From: an uncultured Solirubrobacterales bacterium
GTDB lineage: Bacteria; Actinomycetota; Thermoleophilia; Solirubrobacterales; Solirubrobacteraceae
Assembly: GCA_963848745.1 (NCBI GenBank)
Contig: CAWKEO010000010.1
Span: forward strand, 2,020 to 66,019
DNA length: 64,000 nt
Reading direction: 5' to 3'
Both the position numbers and the translations under genes were made by a program. Shown here piece by piece: positions 10,036-20,117 of this stretch (position 1 is its first letter; every line of letters starts with the position of its first letter). Below the pieces are notes generated by a model. The model saw nothing but the letters and a program-made list of their open reading frames with translations. It did not search any database and was not told the origin of the DNA.

Positions 10036-10788
10036 TTACTGCCCCTGCTTGACGCCGGGCTCGCCGAGCTCGAACTGGATCGGATAGGTGTGGTGGCCGC
10101 CGGGCACGTTCGCCTCCCGCCGGTACTTGCCGAGCGGGAAGATCGTGCGCCCGAACGTGCTTGACAGCATCATCGCGCTGGCGGCGTAGAAGGCGGTGAA
10201 CGACGACGCCATCGTCACGTACCCGCCCGCCTTCTCCCAGCCCGTGCCACCCACCAGGTAGTGGATGCCGAGCAACGCGACGCCGACCCAGAGCGGGGCC
10301 AGCACCGAGGTGATGGCCAGGCTCTCACCCAGCGAGGCGAGCATGCCGACCAGGGTCACGGCCGCCAGCACGAAGAACCAGTATCCGAGCTCCGGCACGG
10401 CGGCGTGCGCCGCCGGGGCGGGAATGAGCTTCAACGCGATCATGAAGTTCAGGAATCCGTAGCCGAGCCAGAACGCGGCCCAGATCCCGTGGATCGCGGT
10501 GGCCAGTCCATCTCTCGCCTTGTAGGCCCAGAGCGCGGCGGCGCCCTGGGCGATCCCGCCCGCCGCGGTGGCGAACGGGAAGATCAACAGCGGGGAGGTG
10601 GCCGTGCCGTACCAGCCGACCTGATACGCGGTGACCATGAAGGTCGCACAGGCAAAGCCGTAGAGGCCGAGGATCGATGGAGCGGCGATGGGCTGCAGGA
10701 AGACGCGGGCGTGGTCTCGCCAGAGACCGAGCTCCTGGGGGGTCCCGTTGGATGCTCGCGCTGGAGCGGGGGGTGCAGATGTGCTCAT
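10036..10788 (-). CDS. GPR1/FUN34/YaaH (SatP-like) acetate uptake transporter
   Basis: AAPSILGLYGFA, GGIAQ, HGIWAAFW and six TM helices. RBS GAGGAGG precedes ATG 10788. Confidence 0.82.
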   Translation of the reverse strand: MSTSAPPAPARASNGTPQELGLWRDHARVFLQPIAAPSILGLYGFACATFMVTAYQVGWYGTATSPLLIFPFATAAGGIAQGAAALWAYKARDGLATAIHGIWAAFWLGYGFLNFMIALKLIPAPAAHAAVPELGYWFFVLAAVTLVGMLASLGESLAITSVLAPLWVGVALLGIHYLVGGTGWEKAGGYVTMASSFTAFYAASAMMLSSTFGRTIFPLGKYRREANVPGGHHTYPIQFELGEPGVKQGQ

Positions 10789-11023
10789 GGTGCCTCCTCG
10801 AGCTTGATGTGGGTTCGATGGACACCTCATTGCCGCTTCGGCCCCGCAGTCGGCCGGGGCGGTTCTCGTGCGGACCGCGCGTCCGCCGGACGCGTTCTCG
10901 AGGTGACCGATGAAGCGATCCCCCTGCTCAGAGGTGGTTTTCGTGCTGACCGGTGGCGCCCCCCGGCGCGGCGCCGGGGGTAGGCAGAAGACCGGGACCG
11001 AACCTCAAAGCAAGGGGCAGACC

Positions 11024-11218
11024 ATGTTCACCCGACCCGCCACCGACCCGACCGAGGGCGAGCGCGCACGGAGGATCCGGGAGCGGCCCGACCTGGCGCA
11101 GCCGATCGTCGACCCGACCGATCCTCGGGTGCCGGGGCGTGCTCGCCGGCGCGCCTCCCGGCGCGCGAGCGCGCCTCCCGCCGGCCTCGAGACCTCCGCG
11201 CCTGCGCGCGAGTCCTAA
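11024..11218 (+). CDS. Small hypothetical protein
   Basis: ATG preceded by AAGGGG, with an upstream GGGTA element at ~10979. No recognisable domain. Confidence 0.35.
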   Translation: MFTRPATDPTEGERARRIRERPDLAQPIVDPTDPRVPGRARRRASRRASAPPAGLETSAPARES

Positions 11219-11988
11219 CCGGCGCTCTCGCGCTGGCCGCCGGCCGCGGCTCGCGGCTGCATGTCGATCAGCTCGGCCGGCGGCTCGTGCGTGAGCAGCC
11301 ATGTGTTGTCGCTCTGGCGACGCCTGACCAGCCCGTCGTCGTTCAGCCGCCCGAGTGCCACCGTCACCGAGGGCCGGTGAGCTCCGACGAGCTCGGCCAG
11401 GTCGCTGTGGGACAGCGCGAGTGGAACGTGCGTCCCCTCGGCGGTCACCCGTCCGAAGCGGTCGGCCAGGTGCCAGAACAGAGCGAGCAGGCGCCTGTGC
11501 ACGTGGCGCAGGCAGTGGATGGCGACGTTGAACGCGAGGGTGTGGGCCCGCTCGGTCGAGCGCGCGGTGAACGCCTCGATGAGCGCCGGCCAGTGGACGA
11601 TCGTGGCCAGGAAGCGGCGGTCGAGCTGGGCGAGGTGCACGTCGTCGATGACGCGCCAGCTCACCTCGAACGGCAGCGGGGCGTTCTGCCCGAAGTCGTC
11701 CCACGGGCGCAGTACCGACCCGGGGCCGACGAGCTCTCCGCAGTGGCGACCCGCGACGGCAACCCGGCGGATGAGGAGGCCGTCGATGACGAGCAGGCCG
11801 AGTAGGCCGTCTCCCTGGAACAGGTCGCGGGGAGAGTGAGTTCCACGTGGGACCTCGGTCACGTCCGCGATCGCGTACTGCCGCGCGGTGGCCAGTTCCT
11901 CTTTGCTCAGCGTGGCCGCCAGGCTGGGATCGACGTCAAGGAGCCGTACCCGCTGCCCCGTCCGCAGTTCTGACGTCTTGAGTCCGAT
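11215..11988 (-). CDS. Crp/Fnr family transcriptional regulator (start uncertain)
   Basis: ELVGPGSVLRPW, RLLALFWHLADRFG and HTH LSHSDLAELVGAHRPSVTVALGRL. The frame stays open upstream of GTG 11862 through VRLLDVDPSLA. Confidence 0.85.
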   Translation of the reverse strand: MGLKTSELRTGQRVRLLDVDPSLAATLSKEELATARQYAIADVTEVPRGTHSPRDLFQGDGLLGLLVIDGLLIRRVAVAGRHCGELVGPGSVLRPWDDFGQNAPLPFEVSWRVIDDVHLAQLDRRFLATIVHWPALIEAFTARSTERAHTLAFNVAIHCLRHVHRRLLALFWHLADRFGRVTAEGTHVPLALSHSDLAELVGAHRPSVTVALGRLNDDGLVRRRQSDNTWLLTHEPPAELIDMQPRAAAGGQRESAG

Positions 11989-12062
11989 ACCTACGCTGTA
12001 CCCGGGTGTCCATCGGAGAACGCGCCCGGTATGGCCGCGTACCGCAGGGTCGCGGACCGGTG

Positions 12063-12254
12063 CTACCCGCCCTCCGGCCGCTGGTGTTCAGGCGAGGAGG
12101 CGATGCGGCGAGCGTAGGCGCGGAACTCGGCCTCGAAGCGGGGCCACCAGTCGCCCCTGAGCTCGGCTGGGGTGCGTCTGAGGTGCACGATCCAGATCGC
12201 CGACGCACCGAGGAGGAGGCCGATGACGGCCAGGCCGAGCACCACTCCGATCAC
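12063..12254 (-). CDS. Small single-pass membrane protein
   Basis: Hydrophobic helix VIGVVLGLAVIGLLLGASAIWIV followed by ELRGDWWPRFEAEFRAY. GGGTAT element upstream on the minus strand (~12296-12301). Confidence 0.6.
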   Translation of the reverse strand: MIGVVLGLAVIGLLLGASAIWIVHLRRTPAELRGDWWPRFEAEFRAYARRIASSPEHQRPEGG

Positions 12255-12367
12255 GTCGACCAGGTCTTCCGCGCTGCGTTCATCGTAGGTCGGAAATACC
12301 CGCCGCCGCCCCCGCGCGCGCCGCGGCCGTTCGCGTGCAGACCGGCCACTGCTAGCGTCCGCCACCG

Positions 12368-13195
12368 GTGGTGCGCTTGCTCGGTATGGCGGCGGTGATC
12401 CTCGGCGTCCTCGCCCCCGCGAGTGGTGCGCGCGCGACGCCGACGATCACGATCGTCTCTCCGCGCCCCGGTGCGAGCTTTGAGCGCGGGTCGCGGGTCC
12501 TCGCCCGCTTTCACTGCGGCGCTGGTGCGATCAGCTGCCGTGGCACGGTGGCGCCCGGGCACCCGCTCGGGACCCGCTACGGCGGGGCCAGGGTGTTCCG
12601 CGTCACCGCCACCGATGCCGCCGGTCACTCGCTCACCGCGACGATCCACTACAGCGTGTGGACCTACGTCAATCCGCTCGCCGCCGTCGTCGCTCTGCAG
12701 CCGAGCCGCATCGACATGGGGGTCGACTATTCGGGCGCCGGGCCCGTCCGGGCCATCGGCCGGGCGCGGATCGTGCTGGCCAGCGACCGCCTGACCGGAC
12801 CGGAGGGCTGCTGGGGCAAGACGTGCGTGCCCGCCCCGGGGGACCTGATCGTCTACCGCCTGCTCGACGGTCCGTTCGCCGGGCGCTACGTGTACGTGGT
12901 CGAGAACATCACGATCGCCGTCCACGCCGGCCAGGTCGTGCGCGCGGGCCAGCGGGTGGCCGTCCTCCACGACGCCTCCCCCAACCTCGAGATGGGCTGG
13001 GCGCTCGGCCGCGGCGCCTGGACGCTCGCCGCCGCCCGCGGCCACCAGTGCGCCTGCGCCGACCCGGGCGGGTGGTCCTCGATCGAGGGCCGGAACTTCA
13101 ATGCGTTCATGGTCTGGCTGGGGGCCCCGTCGGGCTACGCGACCAGCGTCCCGGCGGGCCAGGCGATGCCGGCCGGCTGGCCGGGCATCCCGTGA
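12368..13195 (+). CDS. Secreted protein with Ig-like N-terminal part and M23/LytM-like C-terminal domain lacking His ligands
   Basis: Signal peptide, then RIDMGVDYSG-AGPVRAIG, YVYVVENI..AVHAGQVVRAGQRVA and PNLEMGW. Confidence 0.7.
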   Translation: MVRLLGMAAVILGVLAPASGARATPTITIVSPRPGASFERGSRVLARFHCGAGAISCRGTVAPGHPLGTRYGGARVFRVTATDAAGHSLTATIHYSVWTYVNPLAAVVALQPSRIDMGVDYSGAGPVRAIGRARIVLASDRLTGPEGCWGKTCVPAPGDLIVYRLLDGPFAGRYVYVVENITIAVHAGQVVRAGQRVAVLHDASPNLEMGWALGRGAWTLAAARGHQCACADPGGWSSIEGRNFNAFMVWLGAPSGYATSVPAGQAMPAGWPGIP

Positions 13196-13260
13196 ACCCG
13201 ACGGTCGCAGTGGGGTAGGATCGCCGGCCAGACGCTGTCCACGTGAGAGGGGGAGGCAAG

Positions 13261-13980
13261 ATGCGACGTTGGGGTGGACTCGGCACCGGCATCACGACGG
13301 CGGTGGTGCTGCTCAGCCTCTGCGCGCCGGCCAGCGGGGCCGTGACGGCGCAGCCGACCCTCGGCCTGAGCTCGAGCATTCCGCACGGCTCCGGGTTCGG
13401 CCACGTGCGCCCGCGCACCGTCAGCTACGGCGGCGATCCGACCAGCCTGGTCGTGCGGGTGAAGTGGTCAAGCTGGGGCGGGGCCCGCGCGGTCGGGCAC
13501 GGGACCGCGGACTGGGTGTGGCCGGGCTGGTGCGTGGCCTGCGGCAGCGTCGGGTTGCCGGCCACGGTGGTGGCCTTCGGCCGCACGAGCTGCCAGGGGC
13601 ACTTCATCTACGCCTACGTCGAGTGGTACTTCCCCGGACGTGGCCAGTCGTTCAACCGCCGCCTGGCCGGGGAGAACCTGTGCCCCGGTAGCGGGAACCC
13701 GACGCCGTCGGGCAAGCAGGTGCGATGCGCCCGGGTCGATCTGCATTCCGCGATCGCCGAGCGCCTGACCATGTTCGCCTCGCCGCTCAGCTGCACGGCC
13801 GTGCGCCGGTTCGTGGCCCACTCCGGCGCCGCGCGCTACCTCGGCCATGATGCGCGGTTCAGGGTCGGTCACTGGTGGTGCGGCTCGGAGCTCTCGATGT
13901 CGTTCGGCGGCCCGCAGAGCTTCAGCTGCGTCCGGGGCGATTTCGCGAACGTCGACTTCGTGCTCAAGCCGGCCGGGTAG
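13261..13980 (+). CDS. Secreted Cys-containing hypothetical protein
   Basis: RBS GGAGG, signal peptide, VRPRTVSYGGDPT...WSSWGGARAVGHG, and multiple Cys consistent with disulfides. Confidence 0.7.
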   Translation: MRRWGGLGTGITTAVVLLSLCAPASGAVTAQPTLGLSSSIPHGSGFGHVRPRTVSYGGDPTSLVVRVKWSSWGGARAVGHGTADWVWPGWCVACGSVGLPATVVAFGRTSCQGHFIYAYVEWYFPGRGQSFNRRLAGENLCPGSGNPTPSGKQVRCARVDLHSAIAERLTMFASPLSCTAVRRFVAHSGAARYLGHDARFRVGHWWCGSELSMSFGGPQSFSCVRGDFANVDFVLKPAG

Positions 13981-14000
13981 TCGCGACGCCGACCGCTCTG

Positions 14001-14945
14001 ATGACCCGGCGCGTCGTGACGTCGAGCGCGCCCGCGCTGGCCGGACTCGAGTGGCCCGTGGTCGAGATCACGGGCGCGCACGACGGTCCGCGCCTGTGCC
14101 TGCTGGCGGGCATCCACGGCTGCGAGTATCCGGCCATCGCCGCGGTCCGCCACTTCGCCCGGGAGCTCGACCCCGCGCAGCTGCATGGCTCGGTGCTGGC
14201 GGTGCCGATCGCCTCGCCGACCTCCTATCGGGCGCGCTCGCCGTTCGTCGTACCCGAGGACAGCCGCAACCTCAACCGGAGCTTCCCGGGCGATCCGGCC
14301 GGCTCGTTCACCGACGTGCTCGCCCACCACCTGTTCACAGAGTTCATCGCTCCGAGCGACCTGCTCATCGACCTGCACGGCGGCGACATGGTCGAGGCGC
14401 TCGAGCCGTTCGTGCTCCTCGACGACTCGCCCCAGCGCCCCCAGGCCGAGCGCCTGGCCCGGGCGTTCGGGTTCGGCTACGTCGTCTGCGACACCACCGA
14501 CAACCTCGGCGGCACGACGAGTGCCGCCGCCGCGGCGGCGGGCATCCCGGCCATCACCGCCGAGGCGGGTGGCTGCGGCCTGCTCGAGGCAAGTGCGGTC
14601 GAGCTCCATCTCCGCGGGCTCGCCAACGCCCTGCGGGCCGCCGGCATGCTCGACGGTCCGCTCGAGCCGCCGCCCGCGACCCAGCGCCTGGTCGAGCGGT
14701 TCATCTGGCCGCGCTGCGCCCAGGCCGGCTGGTGGGAGCCCGCCGTGGCCGCCGGCGAGCAGGTGCAGGCCGGGCAGCGGCTCGGCGTCGTGCTCGACCC
14801 GTTCGGGGACGAGCTCGAGACGGTGCACGCGCCCGAGCCCGGGGTCGTGCTGTTCCTGACCACGAGCCCCGCCGTGGCCGAGAACGGGCTGCTGCTCGGG
14901 CTTGGCGGCGGGGTGGTTGCATTTGAGTCCCCCATAGGGGACTGA
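14001..14945 (+). CDS. Succinylglutamate desuccinylase/aspartoacylase family (M14) metallohydrolase
   Basis: AGIHGCE, NLNRSFPG, IDLHGGD, ITAEAG and a C-terminal barrel-sandwich tail. Confidence 0.9.
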   Translation: MTRRVVTSSAPALAGLEWPVVEITGAHDGPRLCLLAGIHGCEYPAIAAVRHFARELDPAQLHGSVLAVPIASPTSYRARSPFVVPEDSRNLNRSFPGDPAGSFTDVLAHHLFTEFIAPSDLLIDLHGGDMVEALEPFVLLDDSPQRPQAERLARAFGFGYVVCDTTDNLGGTTSAAAAAAGIPAITAEAGGCGLLEASAVELHLRGLANALRAAGMLDGPLEPPPATQRLVERFIWPRCAQAGWWEPAVAAGEQVQAGQRLGVVLDPFGDELETVHAPEPGVVLFLTTSPAVAENGLLLGLGGGVVAFESPIGD

Positions 14946-15013
14946 CTGCAACCACGTCGTCCCCGCGCGTCCGTCACAATCTCTATCGAGATGCTGCACC
15001 ACCCCGTGAACAC

Positions 15014-15472
15014 GTGAGGATCTCGGCCAAGGCCGACTACGCCGTCCGGGCCTGCGTCGAGCTGGCCGCCATGGACGACGAGAAGCCGATCAAGGCCGAG
15101 CGCGTGGCCAACGCCCAGGGCATCCCGCTCAACTTCCTCGAGAACATCCTCGGAGAGCTGCGCCAGGCCGGGATCGTGCGCAGCCACCGCGGCGCCGAGG
15201 GCGGTTTTCGTCTGGCCAAGGCGCCGGAGAAGATCTCGGTGGCCGACGTCATCCGCGCCGTCGAGGGCCCGCTGGCCACTGTGCGCGGGGGCCCGCCCGA
15301 GGAGTCGGCCTATCCGGGGGCGGCCAGCGAGCTGCCCCGGGTGTGGATCGCCGTGCGCAAGAGCCTGCGCTCGGTGGTCGAGAACGTGACCGTGGCGGAC
15401 ATCGCCCGCGGGCGGCTGCCACGCGCCGTGGACCGGCTGGCCGAGGATCCCGAGGCCTGGGTCACACGCTGA
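15014..15472 (+). CDS. Rrf2 family transcriptional regulator (CymR-like, no Fe-S Cys triad)
   Basis: [41 protein letters not shown] and VIRAVEGPL. Convergent with the sulfate ABC genes. Confidence 0.92.
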   Translation: MRISAKADYAVRACVELAAMDDEKPIKAERVANAQGIPLNFLENILGELRQAGIVRSHRGAEGGFRLAKAPEKISVADVIRAVEGPLATVRGGPPEESAYPGAASELPRVWIAVRKSLRSVVENVTVADIARGRLPRAVDRLAEDPEAWVTR

Positions 15473-16427
15473 GCGCCCCGGCCGTCACGGGCTCGGGCGC
15501 CCGCACGTAGACGATGTCTCCGGCGGCGAGTTCGAGCGCCGCCGTCTCTGCCCGGGTGAGCTGGGCGCGCGCGGGTTGCCCGTCCGGCAGATCGAGCTCG
15601 ATCCGGACCTCGAAGCCGAGGTGCACGACCCGGCGGACCATCGCCTCGACCCGTCCCGGGCCGGGCTCGTGCGAGAGGGTCACGTCGTGCGGGCGCACGA
15701 GACGGTCCCCGAAGCGGCTGACCGGCCCGAGGAAGCTCATGACGAACTCGCTGGCCGGCTTGTCGTAGACCTCGCGGGGTGCGCCGACCTGCTCGATCTC
15801 CCCGCCGTTCATGACCGCGATCCGGTCGGAGACCTCCATCGCCTCCTCCTGGTCGTGGGTGACGAGCACCGTGGTCACCCCCTGCTCGTCGTGCAGGCGC
15901 CGCAGCCAGGCTCGCAGCTCGGCCCGCACTCCGGTGTCCAGCGCGCCGAACGGCTCGTCGAGCAGCAGCACGCGCGGCTCCACGGCGAGCGCCCGGGCGA
16001 GCGCCATCCGCTGACGCTGGCCACCGGAGAGCTGGTGGGGCCGCTGGCCGGCCCACTTCGAGAGCCCCACCAGCGCGAGCAGCTCGTCGACGCGCTCGTT
16101 CATCTCAGCCCGCGGGCGCTTGCGGATCTGCAGGCCGAAGGCGACGTTCTCGCGCACGGTCATGTGGGCGAAGGCGGCGTAGTGCTGGAACACGAAGCCG
16201 ATGCCGCGCTGCTGGGGCCGGGTGTAGGTGACGTCCCTGCCGTCGATGCACACGGTGCCGGCGTCAGGGGACTCCAGCCCGGCGATGATCCGCAGGAGGG
16301 TGGACTTTCCGGATCCACTTGGTCCCAGCAGCGCGGTGAGGGAGCCCTCGGGCACGGTCAGCGAGACCCCCTGCAGCGCCTGGAAGTCGCCGAACTGCTT
16401 GACGATCCCGGTGGCCTCGATCTTCAC
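15462..16427 (-). CDS. cysA: Sulfate/thiosulfate ABC transporter ATP-binding protein
   Basis: [36 protein letters not shown] and a TOBE-like C-terminus. Operonic with cysW and cysT. Confidence 0.93.
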   Translation of the reverse strand: MKIEATGIVKQFGDFQALQGVSLTVPEGSLTALLGPSGSGKSTLLRIIAGLESPDAGTVCIDGRDVTYTRPQQRGIGFVFQHYAAFAHMTVRENVAFGLQIRKRPRAEMNERVDELLALVGLSKWAGQRPHQLSGGQRQRMALARALAVEPRVLLLDEPFGALDTGVRAELRAWLRRLHDEQGVTTVLVTHDQEEAMEVSDRIAVMNGGEIEQVGAPREVYDKPASEFVMSFLGPVSRFGDRLVRPHDVTLSHEPGPGRVEAMVRRVVHLGFEVRIELDLPDGQPARAQLTRAETAALELAAGDIVYVRAPEPVTAGALSV

Positions 16428-17242
16428 TTCGAATCACTCCTCTTGGGTCCGAACACGGTCATCACGACGAGCACGACGAGCGACAGCACGGCCAGCTCGG
16501 TGGCGGCGGAGTACACGCTCGTGGTCACCTGCGAGCCGATCTGCTCGTCCCGGGCGTACACGAGCAAGGGCAGGGTCTGAGTCGATCCGGCCACGTTCGA
16601 TGACACGACGGCGACGGCGCCGATCTCGCCCAGGGCACGGGCGGTGGTCAGGATCACCCCGTACGCGACGCCCCAGCGGATCGACGGCAGCGTCACGCGC
16701 CAGAACGTCTGCCAGCTCGAGGCTCCGAGTGTGGCCGCCGCCTGCTCCTGCTCATTGCCGACCTCGATGAGCACCGGCGCCACCTCCCGCACGACGAACG
16801 GCAGCGAGACGAACACGGTGGCGATGACCATCCCGGGGACGGCGTAGATGACGCGGATGCCGTGGCTCGTGAAGAAGCTGCCGAACCACCCGCCCTGGCC
16901 GAACACGAGCAGCAGGGCCAGCCCGACGATGACCGGCGAGACGACGAACGGCAGGTCGATGAGGCCGTCGAGGATCGCCCGCCCACGCGTCCTGCCGCGC
17001 ACGAGGACGAGCGCGGTGCCGATGCCGAACAGCGTGTTGAGCGGCACGGCGATGACCGCGATGAGCAGTGACAGCCACAGCGCGCTGACGGCCGCCGGGG
17101 TGCTCATCCAGCTCCAGGCGGTCCCAAGTCCGTGCTCGAACGTGCGCCAGAACACGATGACCAGCGGCAGCAGCAGCAGCGCGGCCAGGTACAGCAGCGC
17201 GACCGAGCGCAGCGACAGCGTGGTGCGGCGGCTAATGAGCAA
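16424..17242 (-). CDS. cysW: Sulfate ABC transporter permease
   Basis: [29 protein letters not shown] and [10 protein letters not shown]. Confidence 0.92.
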   Translation of the reverse strand: MLISRRTTLSLRSVALLYLAALLLLPLVIVFWRTFEHGLGTAWSWMSTPAAVSALWLSLLIAVIAVPLNTLFGIGTALVLVRGRTRGRAILDGLIDLPFVVSPVIVGLALLLVFGQGGWFGSFFTSHGIRVIYAVPGMVIATVFVSLPFVVREVAPVLIEVGNEQEQAAATLGASSWQTFWRVTLPSIRWGVAYGVILTTARALGEIGAVAVVSSNVAGSTQTLPLLVYARDEQIGSQVTTSVYSAATELAVLSLVVLVVMTVFGPKRSDSK

Positions 17243-18077
17243 CCCGGCCCCCGATGCGGCGGATGCCGAACAGGATGATGAGCGAGATCGCCATCAGCAC
17301 GACCGACAGGGCGGCGGCCGACTGCGGGTCGCCGCTCTCGATGTCGGCGTAGATGACGATGCTGGCGATCTGCACCTTGCCGGCGATGAGCACGAGCGAG
17401 CCGAACTCCCCCACTGAGCGGGCGAAGGCGAGGGCGGCGCCGGACAGGATGGCCGGGCGCAGCGCAGGCAGGATGACGCGCCGGAACGTGGTCAGATTCG
17501 AGGCGCCGAGCGAGGCCGCGGCCTCCTCCACCTCGCGGTCGAGCTCGATCAGCACCGGCTGGACGGAGCGCACGACGAAGGGCAGCGTGACGAACAGCAG
17601 CGCGACCACGACTGCCCCGCGGGTGAACGCGAGGTGGACGCCGATCGGACTGTTCGGACCGTAGAGGGCGATCAGGGTCAGCCCGGCCACGATCGTCGGC
17701 AGCGCGAACGGCAGGTCGATGAGCGCGCCCACGAACCGCTGGCCCGGGAACTGGTCGCGCACGAGCACCCAGGCCACCAGCGTGCCCATGACCGCGCCGA
17801 TCGCCGCCACCACGAGCGAGAAGCCGAGGGTGACCTCGAGCGCGTTCAGGGCCAGGCTGCTCGTGACCGAGCTCCACAGCGTCCCGGCACCGCTCGACAC
17901 CGACTTGGCCACGACGGCGGCGAGCGGGATGAGGACGATGAGGCTCAGGTAGAGCGTGGCCACGCCGAGCCCGAGCCCGCCGCGCAGGCCGGCGAGGCGG
18001 CGGCCGGCGCGTGCCGACGAGGGCCCCGGCCCGGCCGCCGGCACGAGCGGTGCCGGCGAGCCGAGGGGCGAGGCCAC
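17232..18077 (-). CDS. cysT: Sulfate ABC transporter permease
   Basis: DLPFALPTIVAG, PFVVRSVQP, EEAAASLGA and FARSVGEFGS. Confidence 0.92.
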   Translation of the reverse strand: MASPLGSPAPLVPAAGPGPSSARAGRRLAGLRGGLGLGVATLYLSLIVLIPLAAVVAKSVSSGAGTLWSSVTSSLALNALEVTLGFSLVVAAIGAVMGTLVAWVLVRDQFPGQRFVGALIDLPFALPTIVAGLTLIALYGPNSPIGVHLAFTRGAVVVALLFVTLPFVVRSVQPVLIELDREVEEAAASLGASNLTTFRRVILPALRPAILSGAALAFARSVGEFGSLVLIAGKVQIASIVIYADIESGDPQSAAALSVVLMAISLIILFGIRRIGGRVAH

Positions 18078-18084
18078 CGGTGCA

Positions 18085-19194
18085 TCAGCTGGAGGCAGTG
18101 GGCACCCCCGCGGCCTCCTCGATCTTGGTGATCGAGCCCGTCGACGGAGCGAAGAAGGCCGTCTTCACCTTCGTCCATCCGCCGAGGAACTTGATCGTGA
18201 ACAGCTGCGCCGGCGTCGGGAACTGGCTGGTGAACTGGCTGGCCACCGAGGACAGCACCGGGCGGTAACCCGACTTGGCCCACGTGGTCTGCGCGGCCGG
18301 GCTCCACAGCCAGTTGACGAACGCCTGCGCCTGCGCGGCGTGCGAGCTCTTGGCCACGACGGCGATCGGCGTCTCGATCAGAATCGTCTGCTTGGGCACG
18401 ATGTACTGAACCGACAGGCCCTTCTTCTCGGCCGAGATCGCTTCGCTCTCGTAGGAGAGGAGCACGTCGCCCTTGCCCGAGGTGAACGTCTGCATGGCGG
18501 CGCTGCCGCTCGCGTCCTGCACGCTCACGTTCTTGGTCAGCAGCGTGCGCACGTAGGCGAGCGCCTGGGCCGGGCTCTTGCCCTCCTTCAGCTCCGCCCC
18601 GTAGGCGGCGAGGATGTTCCACCGCGCGCTGCCCGAGGTCGAGGGGTTGGGCGTGATCACGTCGACGCCCGGCTTGACCAGGTCATCCCAGCCGGTGATG
18701 TGCTTGGGATTGCCCTTGCGCACGACGAGCACGACGACGGAGTCGGTGACGATCCCCTTGTACGGGTTGGCGTCCCACGACTTCGCCACGACCCCGTCCT
18801 TGACCAGGCGGGTCATGTCGGGCGTCGTCGAGAAGGCGACCACGTCGGCCGGCTGGCCGGTGTCGACGGCACGGCTCTGCGCCCCCGAGGCGCCGAAGGA
18901 CTCGGTGAAGCTGTCGCCCTTGCCGCCGGAGGTGGCCTCGTACTGGGCGATCAGCTTGTCGTAGGCGCTCTTGGGCGTCGAGTAGGCGACGAGCGCGAGC
19001 TGGGCACTCGAGCCGCCTGAGGTGGTGGCCGCGGCGTTACTCGCCGATCCCGTGCTCGAGTTCGAGCTCGAGTTCGAGTTCGCGGAGGAGTTGGCGTCGG
19101 AGGAGCCGCCGCAGGCGGACAGGGCCGCCGCGGTGGCGGCGACAGCCAGGGTCAGCGCGGCGCGGCGGCGCCAGGCCCCAAACGATCGGTACAT
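18085..19194 (-). CDS. sbp: Sulfate ABC transporter substrate-binding lipoprotein
   Basis: Lipobox LSAC, Ser/Asn linker, SFGASGAQSRAV, VRKGNPK.I.GWDDL, TPNPSTSGSARWN and GDVLLSYE. Confidence 0.93.
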   Translation of the reverse strand: MYRSFGAWRRRAALTLAVAATAAALSACGGSSDANSSANSNSSSNSSTGSASNAAATTSGGSSAQLALVAYSTPKSAYDKLIAQYEATSGGKGDSFTESFGASGAQSRAVDTGQPADVVAFSTTPDMTRLVKDGVVAKSWDANPYKGIVTDSVVVLVVRKGNPKHITGWDDLVKPGVDVITPNPSTSGSARWNILAAYGAELKEGKSPAQALAYVRTLLTKNVSVQDASGSAAMQTFTSGKGDVLLSYESEAISAEKKGLSVQYIVPKQTILIETPIAVVAKSSHAAQAQAFVNWLWSPAAQTTWAKSGYRPVLSSVASQFTSQFPTPAQLFTIKFLGGWTKVKTAFFAPSTGSITKIEEAAGVPTASS

Positions 19195-19259
19195 CGGTAT
19201 GCCCCTTTCAAGACCACAAGGTCGATTGGCTTTCCATGAATCGGCCGGGGCCACTGTAG

Positions 19260-19290
19260 CACTAATTCAGTCATCCAGACTGAATTAGTG
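19260..19290. promoter_or_regulatory. Putative Rrf2/CymR-type operator upstream of sbp-cysTWA
   Basis: Perfect AT-rich inverted repeat CACTAATTCAGTC-N5-GACTGAATTAGTG (13-bp arms) in GC-rich DNA. Confidence 0.7.
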
Positions 19291-19402
19291 GAGTTTCGGC
19301 GGCGGTGGTCTGAGTGGCAGCGGAGCCGGGCTGCCGCCCGGGGAGACGCCGCCGGCTTGAGGGCCGGCGGCGTGGTTCGATGGCCCGGCGTCCGGGCCGG
19401 CT

Positions 19403-20059
19403 TCAGCTGGGCTGGGGCACGATGCGGATGTAGGGCTTGGGCTCCTCCCACTCCCCGAAGATCTCGCGGGCCTTGTCGTTGCTGACCGAGCCGGAGATGA
19501 TCACCGGCTCGCCCTGCTTCCACTGGGCCGGCGTGGAGACCTGGTGGCGGGCGGTGAGCTGGAGCGAGTCGATGACCCGCAGCACCTCGTCGAAGTTGCG
19601 CCCGGTGCTCATCGGATAGACGAGGATCAGCTTGACCTTCTTGTCCGGTCCGATCACGAACACGTTGCGCACGGTCTGGTTGTCGGCCGGGGTACGGGCA
19701 GTCGCGTCACCCGAGACGTCGGCCGGCAGCATCCCGTAGAGCTTGGCCACCTCGAAGTCGTGGTCGGCGATGATCGGGTAGCTGACCGTGGCGCCCTGCG
19801 TCTCCTCGATGTCCTTGATCCAGTCGGAGTGCCGCTCGGTCGGGTCCACGGACAGACCGATGATCTTCACGCCACGGCGCTCGAACTCGGGCTGGATCCG
19901 GGCCATGTAGCCGAGTTCGGTGGTGCATACCGGGGTGAAGTCCTTGGGGTGGGAGAACAGGACCGCCCACGAATCGCCGATCCAGTCATGGAACCGGATG
20001 CGGCCCTGGGTGCTGTCCGCCTCGAAGTCGGGCGCCTCGGCGCCGAGCTGTACAGCCAT
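19403..20059 (-). CDS. 1-Cys peroxiredoxin (Prx6/LsfA-like)
   Basis: LFSHPKDFTPVCTTE, YPMSTGRNFDE and a single Cys. Confidence 0.95.
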   Translation of the reverse strand: MAVQLGAEAPDFEADSTQGRIRFHDWIGDSWAVLFSHPKDFTPVCTTELGYMARIQPEFERRGVKIIGLSVDPTERHSDWIKDIEETQGATVSYPIIADHDFEVAKLYGMLPADVSGDATARTPADNQTVRNVFVIGPDKKVKLILVYPMSTGRNFDEVLRVIDSLQLTARHQVSTPAQWKQGEPVIISGSVSNDKAREIFGEWEEPKPYIRIVPQPS

Positions 20060-20117
20060 GTGTATTCCGTCCTCTCTGCTTGGGCGAGAAAACCTACTTT
20101 ATGCAACCACCAATAGG

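Noticed and set aside
19050..19090. Tandem TCGAGT/TCGAGC hexamers
   Set aside because: They encode the Ser/Asn low-complexity linker after the Sbp lipobox.
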